Source: Mustelus asterias (Eukaryota). From it: 64,000 nt of DNA. Location: assembly GCF_964213995.1 (NCBI RefSeq), contig NW_027590213.1, forward strand, positions 496,001-560,000, written 5' to 3'. The position numbers and the translations under genes are program-made. This document shows positions 48,108-59,915 of this stretch, piece by piece. Under the pieces are notes generated by a model. The model had not been told where the DNA came from, made no database searches, and was given only the letters and a program-made list of their open reading frames with translations. The number at the start of each line of letters is the position of its first letter. Position 1 is the stretch's first letter.

Positions 48108-48500
48108 AGGATGTTAACCCGAGGGTCCCGTCTGCTCTCTCAGGCAGAGGTGAAAGATCACACGGCTTCTATTTGGAAGGAGAGGAGGGAGCTCGCCCTG
48201 CTGAGACCAATTTACCCCTCACCCAATCTCCCTAAAAACAGAACACTGCTCATTATTACATTGTTGATGTGGTTTACCCCGCTGAGACCAATATTACCCC
48301 TCACCCAATCTCCCTAAAAACAGAACACTGCTCATTATCACATTGTTGATGTGGTTTACCCTGCTGAGACCAATATTACCCCTCACCCGATCTCACTGAA
48401 AACAGGTCACTGCCCCGAACCACATTGTTGCTTGTGGAGGCTGACTGCGCACAGAGATGTCCTGAGGTTGTGAAAGGAGCTACACGAATGCAAATTCTGT
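48108..48500 (+). mobile_element. Deu-domain SINE (SacSINE1/AmnSINE-like) with an internal ~82-bp triplication (48196-48436)
   Basis: GATGTTAACCCGAGGGTCCCGTCTGCTCTCTCAGG..AAAGATCACACGGC..TATTTGGAAG Deu-like core; GTCCTGAGGTTGTGAAAGG tail. Confidence 0.65.
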
Positions 48501-48616
48501 CGACTCCAGCCCAGTTACTGTACTTTGCAGCAACATCATCAACACTTCCCCAATGTCATGATGAATAAGGTTCAGTCCTGAATCTGATGAACAACAGCAG
48601 AATCAGAGCAAAGCCG

Positions 48617-49486
48617 TCATCTGTGAACTCGCTGGTGTTTCACCAGATTGGATGATTCGGTAAATCTCTTCCCACACTCGGAGCAGGTGAACGGCCTCTC
48701 CCCAGTGTGAATGCGCTGGTGTGTCAGCAGGTGGGATGATCGTGCAAATCCCTTTCCACACTCGGAGCAGGTGAACGGCCTCACCTCAGTGTGAATTTGT
48801 TGGTGAGTCAGCAGGTTGGAGGACTGACTGAATCCCTTCCCACACTCAGAGCAGATGAATGGCTTCTCCCCAGTGTGAACTCGCTGATGTACAGTGAGAT
48901 GAGATGATCGCCTGAACCCAGTCCCACAGTGAAAGCACTTGAACGGTCTCTCCTCAGTGTGAACTCGCTGATGGGACATCAGTTCACCAGAGCTTTTAAA
49001 GCACTTCCCACACTCTGGACATTTAAAAGGTCTCTTGTCAGTGTGAACTCGTTGGTGTGTCTGAAGGTGGGTTGCTGTCCTGAAACTCTTCCCACACTGT
49101 GAGCAGCTGAACAGTGTGTACTCGGTGTGAATGCGCTGGTGCTCCCTCAGTCCGTGTGGGCTTTTAAAGCTCTTCTCACAATTGGAGCATTGAAACTCTC
49201 TCTTGTCAGTGTGAACTTGCTGGTGTTTCAGCAGGTGGGATGAGCGAGTGAATCCGTTTCCACACACCGAGCAGGTGAACGGCCTCTCCCCGGTGTGGAG
49301 TCGCTCATGCAGCTGAAGGCAGATGAACTGAGCGAATCGCTTTCCACATACGGAACAAATGAACGGCCTCTCGCCGGTGTGTCTGCGTCGATGGATTTCC
49401 AGCTCAGATGGGGATCTGAATCCCTTCCCACAGTCCACACATTTCCACGGTTTCTCCCTGGTGTGAACGGTGCTTTTTGCTTCCAT
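48617..49486 (-). CDS. C2H2 zinc-finger protein, 10 fingers, intact; frame open back to the acceptor at 49590
   Basis: 322-codon ORF; first ATG at 49486 (AACATGG); the leader SNQTSHQNLTESLDSSGLEYHRPLN is in frame. Confidence 0.88.
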   Translation of the reverse strand: MEAKSTVHTREKPWKCVDCGKGFRSPSELEIHRRRHTGERPFICSVCGKRFAQFICLQLHERLHTGERPFTCSVCGNGFTRSSHLLKHQQVHTDKREFQCSNCEKSFKSPHGLREHQRIHTEYTLFSCSQCGKSFRTATHLQTHQRVHTDKRPFKCPECGKCFKSSGELMSHQRVHTEERPFKCFHCGTGFRRSSHLTVHQRVHTGEKPFICSECGKGFSQSSNLLTHQQIHTEVRPFTCSECGKGFARSSHLLTHQRIHTGERPFTCSECGKRFTESSNLVKHQRVHR

Positions 49487-50049
49487 GTTCAAAGGCCGAT
49501 GATATTCAAGTCCTGATGAATCGAGTGACTCTGTCAGATTTTGATGTGATGTTTGGTTTGACTTTCCTGATCGTGAACATTTCAAATATTCTGTAAAATG
49601 AATTTAAGACAGAATCAAGGAAATATAAAAGAGAACCCACAAAAACACAAAGGTAGGTTGTGAAATTGAGCTAAATTCATCTTGTAATTTGTGGGGCCTA
49701 TGCTAGGAAAAAGTGACCCTGAAAACTGCTGGTTTCTCATAAAAACCCAACTGGTTCACTAATGTTCTTTAGGGAAGGGAACCTGCCAACCAGTCGGGGC
49801 TTACACAAGGCTCTGGCTTCTATGGGAGGAGAGAGAGATGTGAAGGAGGGTAAAAAAGATGAACTTCATAGATCCGTAATTGAATTAGAATTTTGAAAGA
49901 ATCTCCCAAACCCATAACTCCACCCACTGGAAAGACAAGAGCAGCCGGCGCCTGGGAAAACCATCACCTCCAAGACACACACCAGCGAGTTCAGACTGGG
50001 GAGAGACCAGACTCCTGCTCCACATGTGAGAAAGATAGAATCGATCATC

Positions 50050-50962
<913 letters not shown>

Positions 50963-51154
50963 CTGTGACACTGAATTTAAAAGAAAAAAAAAGTGAGAGA
51001 GAACCCACAAAAACACAAAGGCAGGTTGTGAAATTGAGCTGAATGAATCTGGTAATTTCTGGGGCCGGCACCAGGAAAAAGTGACCATGAAAATTGCTGG
51101 AGTGCCATAAAAACCCAAGCGATTCACTGATGTCCTGCAGGGAAGGGATTGAAT

Positions 51155-52190
51155 GTCACCCATTCAATAGGATCGTGGCTGATCTGACATTCCTCATGTC
51201 CACTTTCTTGCCCTTTTCCCGTAACTCTTGATTTCCTTACTGTTCAAAAATATACACAAGGGCTTTGCCCCCACAGCTCTCTGTGGCAAGGAGTTGCAAA
51301 GACTCTCAACCCTCTGGGAGAAGAAATTGCTCCTGATCTCAGTCTTAAATTGGCACCTTTTATTCTGAGACTGTGCCCTCTGGTCCTAGACTCTCCCATG
51401 AGAGGAAACATCCACTCAGCATTTACCTTGTCAAGTCCCTTAAGAATCCGATATGCTTCAATGAGATCACCTCTCATTCTTCTAAATTCCAATGAGGAGA
51501 GGCCCAACCTGTTTAACCTTTCCTCAAAAAACAATCCCTCCATAACGGGGATAATCCAAGTGAATCTACTGTGAACTGCCTCCAATGAAATAATATTTTT
51601 CCTGAAATAAGGAGACCAAAACTGCTCACAGTCCTCCAGATATGGTCTCGCCAGTACCTTGTACAGTTGCAGCAAGACTTCCCTACTCATATACTCCAAC
51701 CACGGTGGCACTGCAGTTAACACTGCTGCTTCACAGCGCCAGAGACTCGGGTTCAATTCCTGGCTTGGGTCACTGTCTGTGTGGAGTTTGCACATTCTCC
51801 CCGGTTCTGCGTGGGTTTCCTCCGGGTGCTCCGGTTTCCTCCCACAGTCCAAAGATGTGCAGGTTAGGTGAACTGGCCATGCTAAATTCTCCCTCAGTGT
51901 ACCTGAACAGGCGCCGGAGTGTGGCGACTGGTGGATTTTCACAGTAACATCATTGCATTGTTAATGTAAGCCTACTTGTGACAAATAAATAAACTTTACT
52001 TTACTTGAAATAAGGGCCAACATTCTATGAGGCTTCCTGATTACCAACTGCACCGGTGTGCTGGGTTTCTGTGTTTTGTGCAGAAGTCCCCCAAGTCCTG
52101 TTGTGTTGCAGCTTTACAGTCTTTTCCTCATTTAAATAATACTCCCCTGCTCTCCCTTCCAAAATGAACTGTTTCACATTTTCCAACATT
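51155..52190 (-). mobile_element. CR1 3' fragment interrupted by a V-SINE
   Basis: LLQLYKVLARPYLEDCEQFWSPY..RRMRGDLIEAYRILKG; continues at 52005-52190. Confidence 0.85.
51700..52006 (+). mobile_element. V-SINE with a TAAACTTTACTTTAC tail
   Basis: tRNA-like head and V-domain; 3' tail differs from that of 34231-34556. Confidence 0.8.
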
Positions 52191-52430
52191 ATCATAGAGT
52201 CCCTACAGTGCAGAAGGAGGACATTCAACCCATGGGTCGCACCAATTCTCTCACATAGTATCTTACCCAGAGCCTCTCTCCCACCCTATCCCCATACCCT
52301 CACACATTTACCATGGCTAATCCATCTAACCTACATGTCTTGGGACACTAAGGGAAATGGCTAACCCACTTAATCTGCACATCTCTGGACTGTGGGAGAA
52401 AACCTGAGCACCTGGAGGAAACCCACACAG
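52190..52430 (-). mobile_element. HE1-like SINE 3' half
   Basis: Reverse complement of V-domain and CTTCTGCACTGTAGGGA tail. Confidence 0.7.
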
Positions 52431-52739
52431 AGGAAAGCTGCTGGATTATCATAAAAACCCAAGTGTTATGCTGATGTCTGTCAAGAAAGGAAATCTGGCA
52501 CCTGGTCTCAAGTGGAGACAGAGAGAAGTAGAAGGGGCCGGGGTGAAGGAGAGGGATTTTATACATCTAGAACTCAATGGGAACTTTGACAGAATCTCCC
52601 AAATCCTCAACCTCCACCACCTAGAAGGACCGAGGTAGCAGGTAGATGTGAACGCCATCACCTCCGAGTTTCTCCCCCCACAACTCGCACACAATCGTGA
52701 CTTGTCTGAAATCCAGTACTAAAAGAACTGAAACTTCTT

Positions 52740-52995
52740 TCATATAAACACTGGGAAGACTGAACCCATTGTCTTCAGTCCCCACTACAAACTCCACTCC
52801 CTCACCAGCAACTCTACCTTCCTGGTAACTGTCTGAGGCTGAACCAAACTGTTCACAACAATGGTGAAATATTTCATCCCAAGATGAGCTTCCAACCACA
52901 TATCCACAACATCATCAAAATCGCCTATTCCCATCTCAGTGACATTGCCCGACTCCACCCCAGTCTCACTTCATCTGGAACTCTCATCCATTCCA
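52740..52995 (+). mobile_element. L2-like LINE fragment
   Basis: INTGKTEPIVF..RLNQTVHN..IFHPKMSFQPHIHNIIKIAYSHLSDIARL-like decayed sequence. Confidence 0.55.
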
Positions 52996-53048
52996 ATGTG
53001 ACGTGGAGCTCAAGGGAATGGAACTGACCAAATTGCTCCACAGAGAGT

Positions 53049-53220
53049 ACAGTAAGTCTCACAACACTAGGTTAAAGTCCAACAGGTTTATTTGGAATCA
53101 CGAGCTTTTGGAGCACTGCTCCTTCCTCAGGTCACTCACCTGATGGACTTTAACCTGGTGTTGTGAGACTTCTTACTATGCCCAACCCAGTCCAATGCCG
53201 GCATCTCCATATCATGGCTA
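53049..53220. mobile_element. Miniature Penelope pLTR insertion with inverted ends and a mutated hammerhead (53099-53133, minus)
   Basis: Related to 6477-6610; minus-strand CTGAGGAAGGAGCAGTGCTCCAAAAGCTCGTG; 11-bp TSD CCAC(A/G)GAGAGT at 53038-53048 and 53221-53231. Confidence 0.8.
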
Positions 53221-53659
53221 CCACGGAGAGTTAGCATGGATTTAAGTTGCCAAATGCATTTCCTTCTATGTTGTAATCTCTGCATCACTGGAAATTGACA
53301 AAGCAGCCACACTGCTGTATATTTCAAGACAAAAAATATGGGACCATAAATAACATATCTCTCTCCCATACAAATTTACAGTTCATTTAAATGTTAGCCC
53401 TCTTCTGGGAAAACTGAATTGTGAACATTGGGTAAGAGGTTACCCTATTAGCCAGATAAACTGAGGGAACTAAAAGATGTCAATGTCTTTGAGAGAGAAA
53501 CAAAAATATACCTGGGCCTAGTCCTGTTCCTGAATCCGGTCTTCATCTGTAACCTTTCCAGAGTCTGCAGCCTCCCTGGATTCACTTCCTTTCCCTTCAG
53601 TTGCTGCAAGTCCCCAATTTCCCCCAGAATGAGAAAAGAAATGGAAAGGGGGAAACATT

Positions 53660-54230
53660 GATTTCCTCCCAGATGTTGCCCAGAGGAGGGAGTTTGGACA
53701 ACTTCCGCATTGTGACGTCCATAATAGAGCTCTGCCTAAATCAGCCAATAGGAATCATTCTGCTCCGCGATGACGTCTCCGGGTTCCAGTGCTCAGGCCC
53801 GGGCGCGCGGACCCGGGAGCCCCGCCCCCACCCATTGTTCCCCCTCCCCCTTCACCTCTTCCAGCCACGGTTTCCAATCAACCGGCTGACGGCTCCGGCC
53901 AGAGCGAGAAGCCGCGTAGTGATCGCCCCCTCCCTCGGCCCGGGACTGCGCATGTCCAAGGGAGAGGGGAAGATGCGCATGTGCGGGGGAGCCAACCATT
54001 TGACCTGTATGCTGAGGTGTTGGCCAATGGAAAGTTGGAGGACCGGAAGTTCTCTGGTCCTCCAGCCAATCAGAGCTCCCCCATTGTCTGAATGCGGAAG
54101 TGGACAATGAGCTTGTTCGGCTGTTCATTCCTGCCCAGCAAAGCTGCTGCTGCTCTCACTCTGAATGAAGATTGAGCTTCAGACAGACTCAAACTTCCTT
54201 CTGTCTTCAACATCTGTGAGTAAAACACTT
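53660..54230. promoter_or_regulatory. CpG-island bidirectional promoter flanked by long inverted arms
   Basis: TGACGTC x2, several CCAAT, GC box, NRF1-like TGCGCATGT x2, ETS CCGGAAGT/GCGGAAGT; plus donor CT|GTGAGT at 54216. Confidence 0.75.
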
Positions 54231-56523
54231 TCTTTTCTCTCCCTTTCCAGTTCTTTTCTCATTCTGGGGGAAATTGGGGACTTGCAGCAACTGAAGGGAA
54301 ACGGAGTGAATCCAGGGAGGCTGCAGACTCTGGAAAGGTTGGCCCAGGTTTCTCTTTCTCTTAAAGACATTGACATCCTTTGCTCCCTCAGCTTGACTCA
54401 TTGATTTGTCTGGCTAAAAGGTCCCTTTCCTAATGTTCACAATTAAAGAGCTGGTTTCCCCAGGTGATGGCTGGCATTTAAAAGGACAATAAATTAATAT
54501 AGGACAGAGATATGCCTTGTGTTGTTATATTGTAGATTTGGTATAATATTTATGGTTCTGTAACAAAGTACGTTTATTATTAATTCTCGTTTTATAATGT
54601 AGCACTGAAGCTATGTTATATATTTTCACTCATTGAGTCATTACGGCGCAGAAGGAGTCCATTCAGTAACTCGAATCCATGCCGACTCTCTGTAGAACAA
54701 TCCAGTCAGTCCCATTCCCTTTCTATATTCCCTTTCCCCTGCAACTTTATTTCCTTCATGTGCCCATCTAATTTCTGAAATATATTAAAGGGGACAGTAA
54801 ACTAATATCGGACAGAGACGTGTCTGATGTTTTTTTTATTCATCCTTGGGACACGGGCATTGCCGGCTGGGCCAGCATTTATTGCCCATCCCTAATTGCC
54901 CTTGAACTGAATGGCTCGCTCGGCCATTTCAGAAGCTGTTTGAGAGTCAACCACATTGCTGTGGCTCTGGAGTCACATGTAGGCCAGACTGGGTAAGGAT
55001 GGCAGATTTCCTTCCCTAAAGCACATTAATGAACCAGATGGGTTTTTTGGTCAATCGACAATGGTTTCATGGTCATCAGTAGATTCTTAATTCTAGATTT
55101 TGTATTTAAATTCAAATTCCACCATCTGCTGTGGCAGGATTCAAACCCGGGTCCCCAGAACATCAGCTATGTTTCTGGATTAATAGTCTGGTGATTAATA
55201 CCACAAGGCTATCAGCTCCCCTGTTGTTATATGGTACAGATTAGATATATTATTTATAGCTCTGTAATAAAATACACTTATTATATCTGGCTGTGTAATT
55301 TTGGACTGCAGCTATATTATATATTTCCAACAATCTCTTCCCTCAGAGAATTGTTAGTGTCTAGATTTCTCTTCCATAGGGACCAGTGGAGGGATTGAAT
55401 ATATTCAAGGATGAGTTGGACAGTTTTTGAATGACAAGGGAGTCAATAATTATTGGGAACAGGCTGAAAAATGGAGAGAAAGCTCAGATGAGGAAGGATT
55501 TCTTCACTCAAGGACGTGGTGATGTTTTGGATTCTCTACCCCAGAGGACTACAGAGCCTCAGTCATCAAGAATTTTCAAGAGAGGGATTGATAGGTTTCT
55601 GGATATTGAAGATATCGATGGATATGGGGGACAGTGTGGGGAAAATAATGCAGAGGTTGATCAACCAATAATCTGAATGAATGGTTGAGCAGACTCGATG
55701 GGCCGAATGCTGACTGCAGCTCCTATTTGTTCTGATTTCTGTGCTGGACAGGAAGCAGTGAGCATGGATCTGTCAATCAGCCTCAATCAGCACCTTCAGG
55801 AGAATTGGGAGGGTGAATATTAGATACAGCAGAGTGAGAATGGAGGGAGAGTGTGTGGGATGGAGATTTACAGCTTTTGGGGAATGGGAGAGGAAAGAAC
55901 ATTCATTAGAATCATAGAATTCCTACATCTTATCAACCGTCCCTGAGCTTTCACAATGAATCCCACTTCTGAGGACACCCTTATCTCTGACTTGTCTGTA
56001 CTGCTGGCAGTCTCACAAAGCAGCTGCCTGTGTGCTGATACGGGAGGCCCTGCTCGGCAAGTTTAATGCTCCATGACTGTGTCTTTAATGAATGCTCCAT
56101 AGAAACTAGAAATGTCAATTTGAATTTTGATCGTATTCTGAATTGTGATGTTTTTTTTCTAAATTGACTCACAGGATATTAGACAAGGAGAAATCAGACA
56201 GAAATCTCCAACATCACATCTAGATCTGACAGATTGACTCGATTTCTTGGGACCTGAATATCATTGGCCTTTGAACCTGGCAGGAGAATTGTTCGTCTGG
56301 CCTCTTGGCTTCAAAAGATTGTAAACATCGCTGTTACTAGAAATGCACTGAGATACACACACCCGAGTGAGAGTGTTCCAGTGCACTGAGTGTGGAAAGA
56401 GCTTTAACCAGTTACACAGCCTGAAAATACATTGCAGCATTCATAGCGGGAGAGACTGTACCCGTGTTCTGTGTGAGATTTAACTGATTGTTTAACCTGG
56501 AGAGTCACAAGGACACCCGCATC

Positions 56524-57261
56524 ATGGAGAAACCGTGGAAATGTGGGGACTGTGGGAAGAGATACAGAATCCCATCTGAGCTGGAAATTCATCAACGCAG
56601 TCACACTGGGGAGAGACCATTCATCTGCTCTGTCTGTGGGAAGGGATTCAGTCAGTTATCCTACCTGCTGAAGCACAAAGTCACTCACACCCAGGAGAGA
56701 CCCTTTAAATGCTCTGACTGTGGGAGTGGTTTCAAAAGCTCTCAGTATCTGGTGTCCCACCAGCGAATTCACACTGAGGACAGACCGTTCACCTGCTCTC
56801 ATTGCACAAAGAGGTTTAGAACATCATTCAACCTGCGGAGACACCAGCGAGTTCACACTGGGGAGAGACCGTTCACCTGCTCGGTGTGTGGGAAGGGATT
56901 CACTCATTCATCCCACCTCAGCAGACACAATCTCACTCACACCAATGAGAGACCCTTTAAATGCTCTGACTGTGGGAGTGGTTTCAAAAGCTCTGGAGAA
57001 CTGGTGTCCCACCAGCGCATTCACACTGAGGACAGACCGTTCAGCTGCTCTCACTGCTCAAAGAGGTTTAGAACATCATACAACCTGCAGACACACCAGC
57101 GAGTTCACACTGGGGAGAGACCGTTCACCTGCTCTCAGTGTGGGAAGGGATTCACTCAATTATCTAGTCTGCTGAAACACAATCTCACTCACACCCAGGA
57201 GAGACCCTTTAAATGTGGGCGTGGCTTCAAAAGTTCTCGGGAACTCATGTCCCACCAGTGA
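56524..57261 (+). CDS. C2H2 zinc-finger protein, 8 complete fingers, paralogue of the 23.8-25.2-kb gene
   Basis: ATCATGG MEKPWKC start; 3-finger repeat; ends at CAG-TGA; acceptor 56173-56174. Confidence 0.8.
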   Translation: MEKPWKCGDCGKRYRIPSELEIHQRSHTGERPFICSVCGKGFSQLSYLLKHKVTHTQERPFKCSDCGSGFKSSQYLVSHQRIHTEDRPFTCSHCTKRFRTSFNLRRHQRVHTGERPFTCSVCGKGFTHSSHLSRHNLTHTNERPFKCSDCGSGFKSSGELVSHQRIHTEDRPFSCSHCSKRFRTSYNLQTHQRVHTGERPFTCSQCGKGFTQLSSLLKHNLTHTQERPFKCGRGFKSSRELMSHQ

Positions 57262-57874
57262 GTTCACACCAGGCAGAGGCTGGTCACCTGCTCTGACTGG
57301 GAAAGGATTCACTCAGTCAGCAAACTTGGTGAAACACCAGTGAGTTCACAAGTGATTACAGTTCTGGGAGTATTCTTTGAATCTTTCTTGCCCCATCTCC
57401 AGTGTCTCTGTTTCCTTTTTCTCAATGGAGATCACAAATAGAACGTAGAACAGCACAGCACAGGAACAGACCCTTCAGCCCACCATGTTGTGTCGAACAT
57501 GATGCCAAATTAAACTCTTCCTTTCTGCCTGCCCTTGGTCCATATTCCTCTATTCCTTGCATATTCATGTGCTTATTTAAAACCCCCTTAAATGCTCCTA
57601 TTGTATCTGCCTCCACCACCACTCCGAGCAGCGTGTTCCAGACACCTACCACTCTCTATGTAAAAAAACTTGCCCGGATTAAAATCCATCTGCCATTTCT
57701 CCGCTCATATCTGCAGCTGAACTACATCCCACTGTATCCTTTGACAACCTTCTACACTATCTACAACTCCAACTAGCTTTGTGTTGTCTGCAAGCTTGCT
57801 AACCCACCCATCCACATTTTAATCCAAGTCATTTATATGTATCCCAAAGAGCAGAGGTCCCAGTACTTCATGCA

Positions 57875-58650
57875 ACCTGCAGATACACCAGCGAGTTCAC
57901 ACTGGGGAGAGGCCGTTCACCTACTCTGTGTGTGGGAAGAGATTCACTCAATTATCCAGCCTGCTGAAACACAAAGTCACTCACACCAATGAGAGACCCT
58001 TTAAATGCTCTGACTGTGGGAGCGGATTCAAAAGCTCTCAGGGACTGGTGTCCCACCAGCGCATTCACACTGAGGAGAGACCGTTCAGCTGCTCTCACTG
58101 CTCAAAGAGGTTTAAAACGTCATCCAACCTGCAGGAACACCAGCGAGTTCACACTGGGGAGAGACCGTTCACCTGCTCTGTGTGTGGGAAGGGATTCACT
58201 CAGTCATCCAGCATGCTGAGACACAAAGCCACTCACTCCAAGGAGAGCCCCTTTAAATGCTCTGCCTGAGAGGCCGGCTTCAGAAGCTCTCAGGAACTGA
58301 TGATCCCCGAGCACATTCACACCGGGGAGAGGCCGTTCAGCTGCTCTCACTGTTCAAGGAGGTTTAGAATATCACCAACACTGCTGAAACACCAGTGAGT
58401 TCACACCGGGGAGAAACCATTCACCTGCTTGGTGTGTGCGAAAGGATTTACTCAGTTATCCAGCCTGCCGAGACACAACATCATCACACCCAGGAGAGAC
58501 CCTTTAAATGTGGGCGTGGCTTCAAAAGCTCTCGGGAACTAATGTCCCACCAGTGAGTTCACACCAGGCAGAGGCTGGTCACCTGCTCTGACTGGGAAGG
58601 GATTCACTCAGTCAGCAAACTTGGTGAAACACCATTGAGTTCACAAGTGA
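57875..58650 (+). pseudogene. Second, 5'-truncated copy of the ZNF array 3' end
   Basis: Re-enters mid-finger after CR1 pieces; ORF 57928-58269 then stops; tail 58490-58960 repeats 57195-57665. Confidence 0.85.
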
Positions 58651-58734
58651 TGACAGTTCTGGGATTATTCTTGTGAATCTTTCTTGCCCCTTCTCCAGTG
58701 CCTCTGTTTCCTTTTTCTAAATGGAGATCACAAA

Positions 58735-59915
58735 TAGAACGTAGAACAGTACAGCACAGGAACAGACCCTTCAGCCCACCATGTTGTGTCGAACATGATG
58801 TCAAATTAAACTATTCCTTTCTGCCTGCCCTTGGTCCATATTCCTCTATTCCTTGCATATTCATGTGCTTATTTAAAACCCCCTTAAACGCCCCTATCGT
58901 ATCTGCCTCCAGCACCATCCCTGGCAGCGTGTTCCAGACACCTACCACTCTCTGTGTAAAAAACCTTACCTCTCACATCTCCTTTGAACTTTCCCCGTTT
59001 CACCTTCAGTGCATGCTCCCTGGTATTAGACATATCAACTCTGGGGGAAAAGATTCTATGTCTCTCATTTTATAGACTGCTATCAGGTCTCCCCTCACCC
59101 TCCACCGCTATCGAGAAAACAACCCTCGTTTGTCAGTCGCTCACACCCTTCAATCCAGGCAGCATCCTGGGAAACCTCTTCTGCACCCTCATCAAAGCCT
59201 CTGCATCCTCTCTGTAATGTGGTGACCAGAATTGAACGCAATATTCTAAGTGCAGCCCAAACAAAGTTTTATAAAGCTGCAACATGGCATGCTGACTCTT
59301 GTACTCAATAAAGGCAAGCATGCCATATGCCTTCTTTACCGACTAAATATTTGTGTGGCTAATTTCAGGAAGCTGTGGACTTGAACCCCAAGATCCGTCT
59401 GTACATTAACTGTATAGTTATCCTTAATATTTGATCTCCCAAGTGCAGCACCTCACACTTGCCCGGATTAAAATCCATCTGCCATTTCTCCGCTCATATC
59501 TACAGCTGATCCACATCCCACTGTATCCTTTGACAACCTTCTACACTATCGACAACTCCATCTAGCTTTGTGTCGTCTGCAAGCTTACTAACCCACCCAT
59601 CCACGTTTTCATCCAAGTCATTGATATATATCACAAATAGCGCAGGTCCCAGTACGGATCCCTGCAGAACACCACTAGTCATGGACCTCCAGTCAGAAAA
59701 ACACCCTCCACCACTATTCTCTGACTTCTAGGGGCAAGTCAATTCTGAATCCAAGTGGCCAAGTCACCGTGAATCCCATGCATCTTAATCTTCTGGATGA
59801 GCCGACCATGAGGGACCTTGTCGAAAGCCTTACTAAAATCCATGTACACAACATCCACTGCTCTACCCTCATCGATCACCTTCGTCATCTGCTCGATAAA
59901 ATCGATCACGTCAGT
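58735..59915 (-). mobile_element. CR1 3' ~1.2 kb (duplicate of 22280-23460)
   Basis: ORFs 59133-59321 and 59500-59682 match 22876 and 22514. Confidence 0.9.

Noticed and set aside
51244-51942. 232-aa ORF as a novel protein
   Set aside because: Chance fusion of antisense SINE sequence and a CR1 ORF2 fragment.
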